A stretch of DNA of 62,273 nt, counting the filler. It is 11 parts of 11 records of this genome, joined end to end, with 100 filler letters (N's around TTAATTAATTAA, not from the genome) between each part and the next. Parts side by side here need not be neighbours in the genome. Positions count along the whole stretch, not along the records: positions 14,981 to 25,695 come from SRR20825010_4753; positions 25,796 to 29,558 come from SRR20825010_4754; 9 more parts are not named here. The stretch is one strand, 5' to 3'. Made by a program: the position numbers and the translations under genes. The notes under the pieces were generated by a model, which saw only the letters and a program-made list of their open reading frames with translations, was not told the origin of the DNA and searched no databases. Position 1 is the first letter of the stretch. Each line of letters begins with the position of its first letter. Shown here piece after piece: positions 18,687 through 28,533 of this stretch.

Positions 18687-19616
18687 ATGTCTAAAAAGCC
18701 TGCCTCTTTGACCAGCGACCTCCTTGCGCGCAAGGGAGAGGCTGAACCATCAACCATTGATCCGACAGCGCGGATGACGCTTTCGGCAGGTCCGGGCTAT
18801 TCGGATTATGGTGGTGGTGATAAAGGCGAGCACTCAGACGACAATCAGGCGCGGGCACCCATGCATACCGAAGAGCCGCGCCCATTGCCGCCTGAGCCGG
18901 AAATAATCTATACGGCAGAAGAAACACGTCGTGGGGGCGGAAACTCACGCCTCGTCATCATCGCCGTACTGGGCGTGATCATTGTCGGCGGTATTTTTCT
19001 GGCCATGTCAGGCACACAGACGAACAGCGTCGCCCCGATTGCAGAAAATATTGTGCCGCGCACAGAAGACCCTGTCGCTCCTGTCAAAATGACAGAAGCA
19101 ACAGCTGCCGCCTCTGGCCAATCGGAAGCACCTGCAGAAGACACATCGGCAAGCGACACTTCCGCAGCGACCAGCGTGCCTGAAGAAAGCAATCCACTTC
19201 AGACGGCAACGCCCGAAGATGTTGCAGATGCCGTGGTGGCGGAAACACCTGCCGCGCCATTGCCAATTGAAGAAGCCCAGCCGGTGGCGGAAGTTAATGC
19301 TCCTGTCGATGCGCCAACACCTGTAACGAAAGCGGAACCTGCCGCAGCGACAAAACCGCTGACAGGCGGCACTTATGTCGTGCAACTTCTGGCGTTACGT
19401 GACGAGGCATCGGCCCGCGCGGCATGGAAGAAAGTCTATTCCAAGAACGCTCTGATACTCGGTGCACATGCGCTAGACATTGAGGAAGTAGACCTCGGCG
19501 CCAAAGGCATTTGGTTCCGTGTACGTGCCGCTGGGTTTGATTCCAAATCATCGGCCAACGCAGTTTGCTCCAAGCTGAAAGCCAAAGGTCAGGACTGCAT
19601 GGTGCGCAGACGCTAA
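18687..19616 (+). CDS. Bitopic SPOR-domain protein with an N-terminal SLTSDLLARKG peptide
   Basis: One TM (LVIIAVLGVIIVGGIFLAM), an Ala/Pro/Glu-rich linker and a C-terminal SPOR domain (YVVQLLAL...WFRVRAAGF...CSKLKAKGQDCMV). Confidence 0.85.
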   Translation: MSKKPASLTSDLLARKGEAEPSTIDPTARMTLSAGPGYSDYGGGDKGEHSDDNQARAPMHTEEPRPLPPEPEIIYTAEETRRGGGNSRLVIIAVLGVIIVGGIFLAMSGTQTNSVAPIAENIVPRTEDPVAPVKMTEATAAASGQSEAPAEDTSASDTSAATSVPEESNPLQTATPEDVADAVVAETPAAPLPIEEAQPVAEVNAPVDAPTPVTKAEPAAATKPLTGGTYVVQLLALRDEASARAAWKKVYSKNALILGAHALDIEEVDLGAKGIWFRVRAAGFDSKSSANAVCSKLKAKGQDCMVRRR

Positions 19617-19625
19617 TCAGCGCGA

Positions 19626-20729
19626 CTATGCGGCCCGTGAGCTTTCGTTATCCTTTGCCACCATGTAATGACGCACGCTAAGGCGCAAAGCCTGCTCAAT
19701 GTCGCTTGGAACCAACCCTGCCTCCACAGCCGCGCGTTCTGCTGAACTCGTATCGAAGCGGAATGCATTGATGAAGGCGAGCGCGTCGACCGGAGTACCA
19801 GTGAGGCGGTCAAGCCCAGCCTTAAGCAAAGGCCGCAATACCCAGAGCGGTATGTAGCGGCGCGGCGGATTCTTTCCCAGTTCATCTGCAATAATAGAGA
19901 GCGTTTGCATAAGACGCGGTGTGCCTTGATGGAGCAACGTATAATCCATACCGGCGGCTTCCTTTTTCAATGCGGCGCGGGTCAAGAATTCAGCCAGATA
20001 GTCGATGCTGACAAACGGCAACCAGTCATCTGGCTTACCCGGCACAGCGGCCAGCGAGCCATTGCCCAGACCTTTGATCAACCCTTCAATGCCGAAAAGC
20101 TGGTGCGCCTCGCCGGTTTGCGAATGTCCAAGAACAGTCGCGGGATTGATGATAGTCACAGGCAGTCCGGCAGCACGTGCACGCCGCACATGAATATCAG
20201 CTTCGATCTTCGATGCTTCATACGGCGATGCGTGTTCAGCAAGATAACGGAAAAATTTCTTGGCTTTGCGCGGATTGGCGACCACCTCATCGCGCGAAAA
20301 ACCTTGCGCGCGCCAGAAGGCATCCGCCGTGATGAGGTAGCCGGAAATGTGCACAAAACCCTCAAGGTGCGGAGTCCGCGCTGCAATCTCCAGAAGGTCG
20401 AGGGTCGCGGTTACATTAACTTTATGCATCCGCTCGCGGTCGCGGCTCCAATCCATCAAGGCCCCGAAGTGACAGACATGGGTAATGTCAGCAAGCCGCA
20501 AATGATCGTCTGCTGACAGACCAAGCCCGGCCTGCTCCAGATCACCTTCGACCAATGTAAGGCGCGAAACATCGCCTTTATGTGCGGCAATCCAGTTTCG
20601 GATCATTTTGCCTCGGGCGGCATGGCCCCGCATTAAGGCAATAACGTGATGCCCTTCGGCAGTCATGCGCGCAGCCGTCCAGCGTCCGATCAGACCCGTC
20701 AGGCCTGTCATAAAGATTGTTTTGGTCAT
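19626..20729 (-). CDS. Extended SDR / NAD-dependent reductase (fatty acyl-CoA reductase-like)
   Basis: MTGLTGLIG, VEGDL, YEASK catalytic motif and INPATVLG. Confidence 0.82.
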   Translation of the reverse strand: MTKTIFMTGLTGLIGRWTAARMTAEGHHVIALMRGHAARGKMIRNWIAAHKGDVSRLTLVEGDLEQAGLGLSADDHLRLADITHVCHFGALMDWSRDRERMHKVNVTATLDLLEIAARTPHLEGFVHISGYLITADAFWRAQGFSRDEVVANPRKAKKFFRYLAEHASPYEASKIEADIHVRRARAAGLPVTIINPATVLGHSQTGEAHQLFGIEGLIKGLGNGSLAAVPGKPDDWLPFVSIDYLAEFLTRAALKKEAAGMDYTLLHQGTPRLMQTLSIIADELGKNPPRRYIPLWVLRPLLKAGLDRLTGTPVDALAFINAFRFDTSSAERAAVEAGLVPSDIEQALRLSVRHYMVAKDNESSRAA

Positions 20730-20743
20730 TTGGGTCTGGTCCT

Positions 20744-21367
20744 TTATCGGGCGGTGGCAACAGGCCGCACAAAAAGAAGGGTAAGTTCGGCTATCGCATC
20801 ATCAAGCGGTGCGCGACTGCGTTGAGCTCTCGCGAGGATCAATGCGCCTTCAATGGCCGATAGCGCGAATGTGGCCAAACGCGGTGCGCGTTCACTGGCA
20901 ATGCCTGCTGCCAAAAGGTTTTTGCAAATACGAGACTGCCAGTCGGCATAGGCTTTAGTGCATGACGCACTCAAACGGGGCGTATCGCAGTCTGTTTCCA
21001 GCGCCACTGTTGTGACTGGGCAGCCCCGGGCAAAGCCAGATGATTCAAGCTCGGACGCAAATCCATCCACAACAAGACGGAGGGCCGCTATCGGATCAGC
21101 GGCGGCGGCAAAAGCGAGATCGATACCAGACCCTATTTCATCCCGTGCCTGATCAATCGCGGCTGCCGCAATCTCTTCCTTGCCGCCTGGAAAATGGAAA
21201 TAGAGCGATCCACGCGGAAAACCGCTTTCGGCAAGCAGCTGTGCGACACCCGTACCGCGGTAGCCCTGCGCGTGAAATGTGCCAAGCGCCGAGGCAACAA
21301 GACGAGCCCTAGTGGCATCGCCCTTGGAGCCTTTTGCGTTGGGTTTTGTCTGTCCGGTCTGTTTCAT
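20744..21367 (-). CDS. TetR/AcrR family regulator (LmrA/YxaF-like)
   Basis: QGYRGTGVAQLLAESGFPRGSLYFHFPGGKEE HTH; GCPVTTVALE and AIEGALILAR. Confidence 0.93.
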   Translation of the reverse strand: MKQTGQTKPNAKGSKGDATRARLVASALGTFHAQGYRGTGVAQLLAESGFPRGSLYFHFPGGKEEIAAAAIDQARDEIGSGIDLAFAAAADPIAALRLVVDGFASELESSGFARGCPVTTVALETDCDTPRLSASCTKAYADWQSRICKNLLAAGIASERAPRLATFALSAIEGALILARAQRSRAPLDDAIAELTLLFVRPVATAR

Positions 21368-21448
21368 AAATTTTATGTAGACCGATCATCATATTATATC
21401 AAGAGCAAAAATAGGCGGTCGGTCCCTGCAGCCTCGTTCAGTGATCTA

Positions 21449-21832
21449 TCAGGGCAGGCGCAGCCAGGCGATGAGGAGCCAGGGGTAGGCGATGGTGAGC
21501 GTGAGGAATGAAGCGAAAGTGACGATCGAGACAGCGCGATGCTTCACATAGCCAGCTTCCGAAGTGGCATGGACCAGAAAGAGCTGGGCGTTCACCCACG
21601 ATCCGATGACGAGCAGCCAGCCTGCGATTTCGGGAATGGCTGGATGAACGGCGGCAATTGCAAATTGCAGTAGGCTCATCAAAATGTTGTCGATATGGCA
21701 CTGCAAAACGCGCTTGGCATTCTTCAACGGCCCGAAGCGCTTCACTCCGCTATACATGGTGGTAATGATCCAGCCCTGCATCACGGCAACAGTGATTTGG
21801 ATGAGGCCGGATGTAATGAGGATGGATTTCAT
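21449..21832 (-). CDS. Hypothetical four-TM membrane protein
   Basis: Four hydrophobic segments; RVLQCHIDNILM and GSWVN motifs. Confidence 0.65.
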   Translation of the reverse strand: MKSILITSGLIQITVAVMQGWIITTMYSGVKRFGPLKNAKRVLQCHIDNILMSLLQFAIAAVHPAIPEIAGWLLVIGSWVNAQLFLVHATSEAGYVKHRAVSIVTFASFLTLTIAYPWLLIAWLRLP

Positions 21833-21956
21833 CTGTGAGTTTCTTTGCCGGTTTCTTGGTCTTGTTTTTTTTGGCGTCTTTCGATGAAGACGCACGCAGT
21901 GTAGGGTCCGCCCATCAAAATTGAAAAGCCGGATTTGTCGGGGTATCGGAGAGACA

Positions 21957-22598
21957 ATGATTGAAGCAGTAATCTGGGATTTTGGCGGCGTACTGACGTC
22001 CAGCCCCTTTGAAGCCTTTGCACGCTACGAGCGCGAACGCGGGCTACCAGAGAATTTCATTCGCGGCATCAATGCCACCAATCCCGATACAAATGCCTGG
22101 GCGCTTTTTGAACGCTCCGAAGTGACGCTTGAACAATTTGACGAACTCTTTGCGCAGGAAGCTCTCGCCAAGGGACATGAAGTGCGTGGACGTGCTGTCG
22201 TGGAACTGCTCTCAGGCGACATTCGCCCTGAGGTTGTCGCCGCCCTCAAAGCCTGCAAGGCGCGCGTCAAAGTCGGCTGCATCACAAACAATGTACCCGC
22301 AGGCAAAGGTGCCGGCATGGCCCGAAGCGCCGACAAGGCTGCCCAAGTTGCCGAAGTCATGGCTCTTTTTGACCATGTGATAGAAAGTTCAAAACTCGGC
22401 ATCCGCAAACCCGACCCGCGCATCTATCAGCTTGCTTGCGAAACGCTGCAAGTGGACCCGGCAAAGTGCGTTTATCTTGACGATTTGGGCATCAATCTGA
22501 AACCGGCGAAGGCGCTGGGCATGACCACGATCAAAGTGGGCGATGCTGCACCGGCGCTGGTCGAGCTTGAGGCTGCCGTCGGGTTTCCGGTCAGATAG
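21957..22598 (+). CDS. HAD-superfamily hydrolase (HAD-IA)
   Basis: VIWDFGGVL, ITNN, RKPDPRIY and YLDDLGINL. Confidence 0.9.
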   Translation: MIEAVIWDFGGVLTSSPFEAFARYERERGLPENFIRGINATNPDTNAWALFERSEVTLEQFDELFAQEALAKGHEVRGRAVVELLSGDIRPEVVAALKACKARVKVGCITNNVPAGKGAGMARSADKAAQVAEVMALFDHVIESSKLGIRKPDPRIYQLACETLQVDPAKCVYLDDLGINLKPAKALGMTTIKVGDAAPALVELEAAVGFPVR

Positions 22599-22677
22599 AC
22601 CCTACTTATTGCGAGCTGCTTGAGGCCATGCCCCCTCCCGCCTATCCTCTCAACAGGGAGATATGGGGGAGGAAAAG

Positions 22678-23952
22678 ATGCTCAGACCAAAGGCAGAAAA
22701 ACTCGACTTTGACGGCGGTCCCGACCTCAAGGATCCGGACCTCTATATGCGCGATGAACACCACGAGGTGTTCCGCAAACTGCGCGCGGAAACGCCTGTT
22801 TACTGGAACCCCGAAGCTGATGCTGCGGGCTTCTGGGCCATTACGCGTTATGACGATATCGAGACCGTTTCAAAGAATCCGAAACTTTTCTCGTCGGCCA
22901 AGGACAATGGTGGGCACCGGATATTCAACGAAAACGAGATTGACGAGAATAATACCGAGGCGAGCATGATTTCGCTCGACCCACCTGAACACGCTGCATA
23001 TCGCCGGATGGTAACCCCTGGTTTTGTACCCAAGCGCATATCCGGCATGGAAGACCGTATCCGTACGCGCGTCACTCGCCTGCTCGACCGCCTGGAAGAA
23101 CGAGGCGCAGGCGGTGCGGAAGTCGAGTTTGTCGACGCCGTGGCTGCGGCGCTTCCTATCGAGGTGCTGGCCGAACTGTTCGGTGTGCCTGAAAGTGACG
23201 GACCAAAACTTTTTGAGTGGTCAAATGCAACCGTCGGCGAAGACGATCCCGAATTACGCGTCTCCGATGATTATATGCGGCAATGCATCGTCGAGATGGC
23301 GAAGTATGCAGCCGGTCTGTGGCAAGCACGATTGGAAAAACCCGGCGAAGACTTGATATCCATGCTGGCCCATTCGCAGATCCCCAATGCCGAAGGCAAG
23401 GCTGAGCCGATGAGCTTTCCTGCCTATATCGGTACGTTCATCCTTCTGGTCGTGGCTGGCAATGAAACCACGCGTAATTCTATTACCGGCGGTCTTTTGG
23501 CGCTCTCGCAACACCCAGAGGAACGCACAAAGTTACTGGCTGATCCAACTCTCATTCCCAGCGCTGTGCAGGAAATCATCCGCTGGGTCAGCCCTGTCCT
23601 GCACATGCGCCGCACGGCGACGCAGGACACTGAAATTTCAGGTCAGAAGATTGCGAAGGGCGACAAGGTGGTCATGTGGTACGCATCGGCCAATCGCGAC
23701 GAAACGAAATGGGTAGACCCTTATCGCTTCGACGTGACGCGCTACACGAATCCGCAAACAGCAACCCAACTTGGCTTTGGCGTCGGACAGCATTTCTGTC
23801 TCGGTTCGCGTCTTGCAGAACTACAACTTCGTATTCTGTTTGAAGAACTACTTCGGCGTTTTCCCGATATCCATGTGACAGGACCAGCGCGCCGTCTGCG
23901 CTCGAACTTTATCGGAGGCATAAAAGATATGCCTGTCAGACTTTCCCGCTAG
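22678..23952 (+). CDS. Cytochrome P450
   Basis: DPPEH, AGNETT, EIIR and heme motif FGVGQHFCLG. Alternative start at 22663. Confidence 0.96.
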   Translation: MLRPKAEKLDFDGGPDLKDPDLYMRDEHHEVFRKLRAETPVYWNPEADAAGFWAITRYDDIETVSKNPKLFSSAKDNGGHRIFNENEIDENNTEASMISLDPPEHAAYRRMVTPGFVPKRISGMEDRIRTRVTRLLDRLEERGAGGAEVEFVDAVAAALPIEVLAELFGVPESDGPKLFEWSNATVGEDDPELRVSDDYMRQCIVEMAKYAAGLWQARLEKPGEDLISMLAHSQIPNAEGKAEPMSFPAYIGTFILLVVAGNETTRNSITGGLLALSQHPEERTKLLADPTLIPSAVQEIIRWVSPVLHMRRTATQDTEISGQKIAKGDKVVMWYASANRDETKWVDPYRFDVTRYTNPQTATQLGFGVGQHFCLGSRLAELQLRILFEELLRRFPDIHVTGPARRLRSNFIGGIKDMPVRLSR

Positions 23953-23963
23953 CGCATTGCCAC

Positions 23964-24002
23964 AGACAAGCCCGCACCAAAATAGATGGCGCGGGCTTGT
24001 CT
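23964..24002. terminator. Hairpin between the convergent P450 and terB-like genes
   Basis: AGACAAGCCCGC...GCGGGCTTGTCT inverted repeat. Confidence 0.6.
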
Positions 24003-24028
24003 ATATAATATCGGGAGCTGTTGATGCT

Positions 24029-24454
24029 TTAACCGCGCAGAGACAAAGCTGTAGCGGCATCGACGCCAATTTCCTTTGCAAGCCGCTCGATCATAGCCGC
24101 TTCGACGCGGTGCAATTTGCCGTCAGCGAGCGCCACTTCCCAGAGCATGGCGACCACTTCCTTGCGTTCTTCGTCGGAAAAACTCTCGGCAATCGTGCGT
24201 GTGAAAATGCTTTCACCATAAGGTAGTCGCTGACGCTGCTCGGCCAGATCAACCAGCGTTTTCGACTCTTCCCCGGTCAACGAAAACCGTTCACCAACAA
24301 TTCGCCTAATAGCGGTTCGTTCATTGTCGTCAAAATCGTTATCCCGCCTTGCGGCTTCAACCATCAGTGCGGCGGCGGCCAATCGCTTTACGTCCTGTGA
24401 GACGGGGGCAGATTTGGCACTGCCTTTCAAAGCTTCAATAATTTTATCCAGCAT
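24029..24454 (-). CDS. TerB-family (tellurite-resistance-like) protein
   Basis: LAAAALMVEAARRD...LWEVALADGKLHRVE repeated TerB motifs. Confidence 0.85.
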   Translation of the reverse strand: MLDKIIEALKGSAKSAPVSQDVKRLAAAALMVEAARRDNDFDDNERTAIRRIVGERFSLTGEESKTLVDLAEQRQRLPYGESIFTRTIAESFSDEERKEVVAMLWEVALADGKLHRVEAAMIERLAKEIGVDAATALSLRG

Positions 24455-24575
24455 TAAGACACCTGCCTTGTTAATGAAGCTCCCCACAAAAGGGAGAGCC
24501 ATTCTGCGGCTGAGATGTCAGCCGTTATGTAGATGGGTAAACAAGATCGTTTCACAATAGGTAGCTACCAACAAG

Positions 24576-24611
24576 ATGGTCGGCATGTTGCAAATTCCAC
24601 ATGCCGACCAT
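24576..24611 (-). terminator. Hairpin downstream of the MMPL gene
   Basis: 13-bp perfect inverted repeat ATGGTCGGCATGT...ACATGCCGACCAT. Confidence 0.55.
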
Positions 24612-24617
24612 TGCATT

Positions 24618-25695
24618 TTAGTGCGACGACAGATTGGCGTGACGCTTCACAGGTGCGGCACGCGGGAAGATCATGTCGAGAATGACCGCCAACGCAGGCA
24701 GAACGGTCACAGCCATGATCATGTTGACCATAAACATAAAGGTCAGCAGTAGTCCCATATCGGCTTGGAACTTCAAGGCCGAGAAGGCCCAAGTTGAAAC
24801 ACCGATAGCAAGCGTGATAGCTGTGAAGAATGTTGCCATGCCGGTTTCAAGCAATGCCTCCTGGAAGCATTGCGTGATGTGCTTGCCTTCACCCAGATGG
24901 TACTGGATACGATTATAAATATAAAAGGCATAGTCGACACCAATACCCACTGCGAGCACCATCACCGGCAGTGTTGCGATAGTCAGGCCTATCTGCAGGA
25001 CTTCCATAAACCAGTACCCGAAGAAGGTACCGAAAGTCAGCGGCAGGCAGCATGCGATGACAGCGCGCCAGTCACGATAGGTGAGCGTCACCAGCGCGAT
25101 GATGATGACATAGACCCATAACATCATCGGCAATTCCGAGTGAGTGATCTCCTCGTTCACTGCGGCCTGCACACCCATATTGCCCGAAGCCAGACGGATG
25201 TTGACGTTCTCCATCGGGCGCTCGGCACGGAAGTCTTTCACAGCTTGAATGACAGGCGCGATTGTTGTGGCCTTGCTGTCCTTCAGGAAAATCTGAACCG
25301 GCAAGAGTGTACATGATTGGTTCATCAATTCGCTGCGGCCCGGAACTGTTGCCGCCGCTTGCGCCAGTGCGTCTCTGTTACGTGGAATATCGTTCCACTT
25401 AAGATTGCCTTCATTCCACCCTGCCGATGACCCCTTCACAGCAAATGGCAATGAGATCACGAGAGCAACGCCGGGCTGGTTTTCCATGTACCAGGAAAAA
25501 CGATTGAGATATTCAAGGACATCATAATCAACACAGGCATCAACGGGGGTTTCGACAACCACCGTCAACTGGTTGAGGCCCAGTGAATATTTTTGCGCGA
25601 TATCGCGGCTGTCGACATTGTAACGTGCATCGACATGAAGTTCGGGTGCGCCAGCATGCAGAGCGCCGACATGGCGGTTGCTGCTTTCATAGACG
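24618..25695 (-). CDS. RND/MMPL family exporter, C-terminal part
   Basis: LAVGIGVDYAFY, LKFQADMGLLLTFMF and TVLPAL; 5' end cut by the contig edge. Confidence 0.88.
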
Positions 25696-25795
25696 NNNNN
25701 NNNNNNNNNNNNNNNNNNNNNNNNNNNNNNNNNNNNNNNTTAATTAATTAANNNNNNNNNNNNNNNNNNNNNNNNNNNNNNNNNNNNNNNNNNNN

Positions 25796-26261
25796 GCGTC
25801 AGCTCAAGAAGGGAAATCCAGTCCACATCTGATTGGTTCTTCAGATTCTGCTCAGCAAAAGCTGACAACATATTTCCCAGATTTTCTTGTCCTGAATTAT
25901 GCTGGACATTCAGTTCCGGCTTCTGCCCTTCAATCAGATCTTTTTCGTTCGACAAGAGTTCATCTTCACTTAGTGCTAACAGGTGAATATGCAGCTCATT
26001 GGCCCCGAGACGAAAAGCTGGATCAACTTTTTCATGTGCGAGAAATCTCTGCCGAAGGTTATCGGCCTTCCCGATATACAGGGCCGTCGCCGTGCCATCC
26101 GAATTGCGACGAACCATTACATAATTCGCCCGGCAATCGATCAGTTGTTCTGTCCGCGTAATAACACTATGCGGATACCATCGCCCAGACTTGCCTTGCC
26201 ACTGGTGCAGCGGTAACACTGATTTTTGTGGAAGGCTATTCAGAGAAACTCCAAACATCAT
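25796..26261 (-). CDS. GIY-YIG nuclease-like protein downstream of nrdA (3' end truncated)
   Basis: ANYVMV...LYIGKADNLRQRFLAH...NEKDLIEGQKPELN; AAGGA RBS. Confidence 0.7.
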
Positions 26262-26304
26262 TCTTTCCTTTCGAGATTTGGCGCTTCACAGCGCTATGAA
26301 TCTC

Positions 26305-28323
26305 CTACTGGCAGGCGAGGCACTCGTCGTATTCGACGACTTCGCGGCGGCTCTCTGTCGCGACTTGATCGAGTGTTTTCACATCGAGCGTTTTGGCGGC
26401 GACGAGCGACGTGACTTCGGCTTTTTCGGCGCGCTGGATCGAGAGCGAGCGGCAATAGTAGAGGCTTTTGACGCCCTGCTTCCATGCCTGGATGTGCAGC
26501 TTGTTCAGATCACGCTTATGCACGTCGGCGGCGAGGAAAAGGTTGACCGACTGGGCCTGATCGATGAGCGGGGCGCGGTCGCCTGCGTGCTCGATGACCC
26601 AGCGCTGGTCGAGTTCGAAGGCTGTCTTGAAGACGTCCTTCTCTTCATCGTCGAGGAAATCGAGATGCTGGACGGAGCCGCCATTGACGACAATGGACGA
26701 CCATGTGGCGTCATCATTGCGGCCTTTGGTTTCCAGCAGTTTTGTCAGGTGACGGTTGCGCACGTTGAACGAACCCGACAGCGTTTTATGCGTAAAGGAG
26801 TTTGCCGCAATCGGCTCGATGCCCGGCGAGGTGCCGCCGGTGATGATCGAGATGGAAGCTGTGGGCGCAATGGCTGTCTTGTTGGAGAAGCGTTCGTTGA
26901 AGCCGAACTGCTTGGCATCCGGGCAGGCACCACGCTCGTCGGCCAGCTTGCGCGAGGCCGCGTTTACGCCGTCGTGGATCTGCTTGAACATGCGCTTGTT
27001 CCAGACCTTGGCCATGACACCTTCGAACGGGATCATGTTGGCCTGCAAGAAAGAGTGATAGCCCATGACGCCGAGACCGACAGAGCGTTCCTGCGCGGCG
27101 GCATATTTGGCACGGGACATATCGTCGGGCGCACGGTCGATGAAGTCCTGCAACACATTGTCGAGGAAGCGCATGACGTCTTCGATGATGGTGGGATGCT
27201 CGGACCATTCGAAATAGGTTTCGAGATTGAGCGAGGAGAGGCAGCAAACGGCTGTGCGCTGCTCGCCATGCTGGTCGATGCCTGTGGGCAGCGTGATCTC
27301 GGCGCAGAGGTTTGAGGTTTTGACCTCAAGGCCCGCAAGCTTGTGATGCTCGGGACGCGCGTTGTTCACGGTGTCCTTGTAGATGATGTAGGGCTCGCCT
27401 GTTTCGATGCGCGAGGTGAGAAGACGGATCCAGAGCGAACGGGCGGAAACCGTTTTCTGGACGGCCTTGTCCTTCGGGCTGAGCAGCGCCCAGTCGGCAT
27501 CAGCCTCGACAGCGCGCATGAAGGCGTCGGAGATGAGAATACCGTGATGGAGGTTGAGCGCCTTGCGGTTCGGATCGCCACCTGTGGGGCGGCGCATTTC
27601 CATGAACTCTTCGACTTCGGGATGGTCGATCGGCAGATAGACGGCTGCCGAGCCGCGACGCAGCGAGCCTTGCGAAATGGCGAGCGTCAGCGAATCCATC
27701 ACACGGATGAAGGGAATGATTCCGCTCGTCTTGCCGTTGCCATTCACGGTTTCGCCGATGGAGCGCAGATTGCCCCAATAGGAACCGATGCCGCCGCCCT
27801 TGGAGGCGAGCCAGACATTTTCGTTCCAGAGGCCGACAATGCCTTCGAGGCTGTCTGTGGCTTCGTTGAGGAAGCAGGAAATGGGCAGGCCGCGCTGGGT
27901 GCCGCCATTCGACAGAACGGGCGTTGCGGGCATGAACCAAAGCTTGGAGATGTAATCATAGAGACGCTGGGCGTGGTCCTGATTGTCGGCGTAATAGGAA
28001 GCCACACGCGCAAAAAGGTCCTGAAAGCTCTCGCCCGGCATGAGATAGCGGTCGGTGAGTGTCGCCTTGCCGAATTCGGTCAGCAGCGCATCGCGGGCAT
28101 GGTCGATCTTGACGGCAAAGCCCATTTTGCCGGACTTGCCGGGCGCAACCTGAACCACCTGATCCTGCTCGCCGAACGGCATTTCCGGCTCGGAGATCGC
28201 ACGCATATCGGTGCGGGGGCGATGAGCACCCGACCGCTGCGGCGCACGCTCGCCGGTGATGATCGCGGAAACCGTGGCCTCGACATCGGTCATGTCGACA
28301 GCTTTCGACGTATCATTGAGCAT
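26305..28323 (-). CDS. nrdA: Class I ribonucleoside-diphosphate reductase alpha subunit, without an ATP cone
   Basis: PATPVLSNGG, LPISCF, SNLCAEI, IAPTASIS, KSLYYCRS and C-terminal ECLACQ; GAGGGG RBS before the ATG at 28323. Confidence 0.95.
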   Translation of the reverse strand: MLNDTSKAVDMTDVEATVSAIITGERAPQRSGAHRPRTDMRAISEPEMPFGEQDQVVQVAPGKSGKMGFAVKIDHARDALLTEFGKATLTDRYLMPGESFQDLFARVASYYADNQDHAQRLYDYISKLWFMPATPVLSNGGTQRGLPISCFLNEATDSLEGIVGLWNENVWLASKGGGIGSYWGNLRSIGETVNGNGKTSGIIPFIRVMDSLTLAISQGSLRRGSAAVYLPIDHPEVEEFMEMRRPTGGDPNRKALNLHHGILISDAFMRAVEADADWALLSPKDKAVQKTVSARSLWIRLLTSRIETGEPYIIYKDTVNNARPEHHKLAGLEVKTSNLCAEITLPTGIDQHGEQRTAVCCLSSLNLETYFEWSEHPTIIEDVMRFLDNVLQDFIDRAPDDMSRAKYAAAQERSVGLGVMGYHSFLQANMIPFEGVMAKVWNKRMFKQIHDGVNAASRKLADERGACPDAKQFGFNERFSNKTAIAPTASISIITGGTSPGIEPIAANSFTHKTLSGSFNVRNRHLTKLLETKGRNDDATWSSIVVNGGSVQHLDFLDDEEKDVFKTAFELDQRWVIEHAGDRAPLIDQAQSVNLFLAADVHKRDLNKLHIQAWKQGVKSLYYCRSLSIQRAEKAEVTSLVAAKTLDVKTLDQVATESRREVVEYDECLACQ

Positions 28324-28490
28324 AAAAGTCCCCTCTTGGCCCCTGCGTGCCCGCTCCGCCGCCGCGAATGGCACAAGAATATCCGCGCGGCGCGATAGCG
28401 TTCGCCGCCTATCTGCCCGCTAGGGACAGAACCTACTGATTCGATGATTGCGCGATTTTCGACTGGTAGCGTCACCGAAGCACCGCGCGT

Positions 28491-28533
28491 CTAGATATAG
28501 TAGCGAGCCTGTGATTCACGTCAACGATTTGTG
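28491..28533. promoter_or_regulatory. Tandem NrdR boxes
   Basis: CTAGATATAGTA at 28491 closely fits CwAtATaTwGtg. A weaker copy, CAACGATTTGTG, starts 31 bp away at 28522. Confidence 0.65.

Noticed and set aside
24029-24454. TerB gene as a tellurite-resistance or defence operon
   Set aside because: It is a solitary TerB-like gene with no other ter genes nearby, which is common in Alphaproteobacteria.
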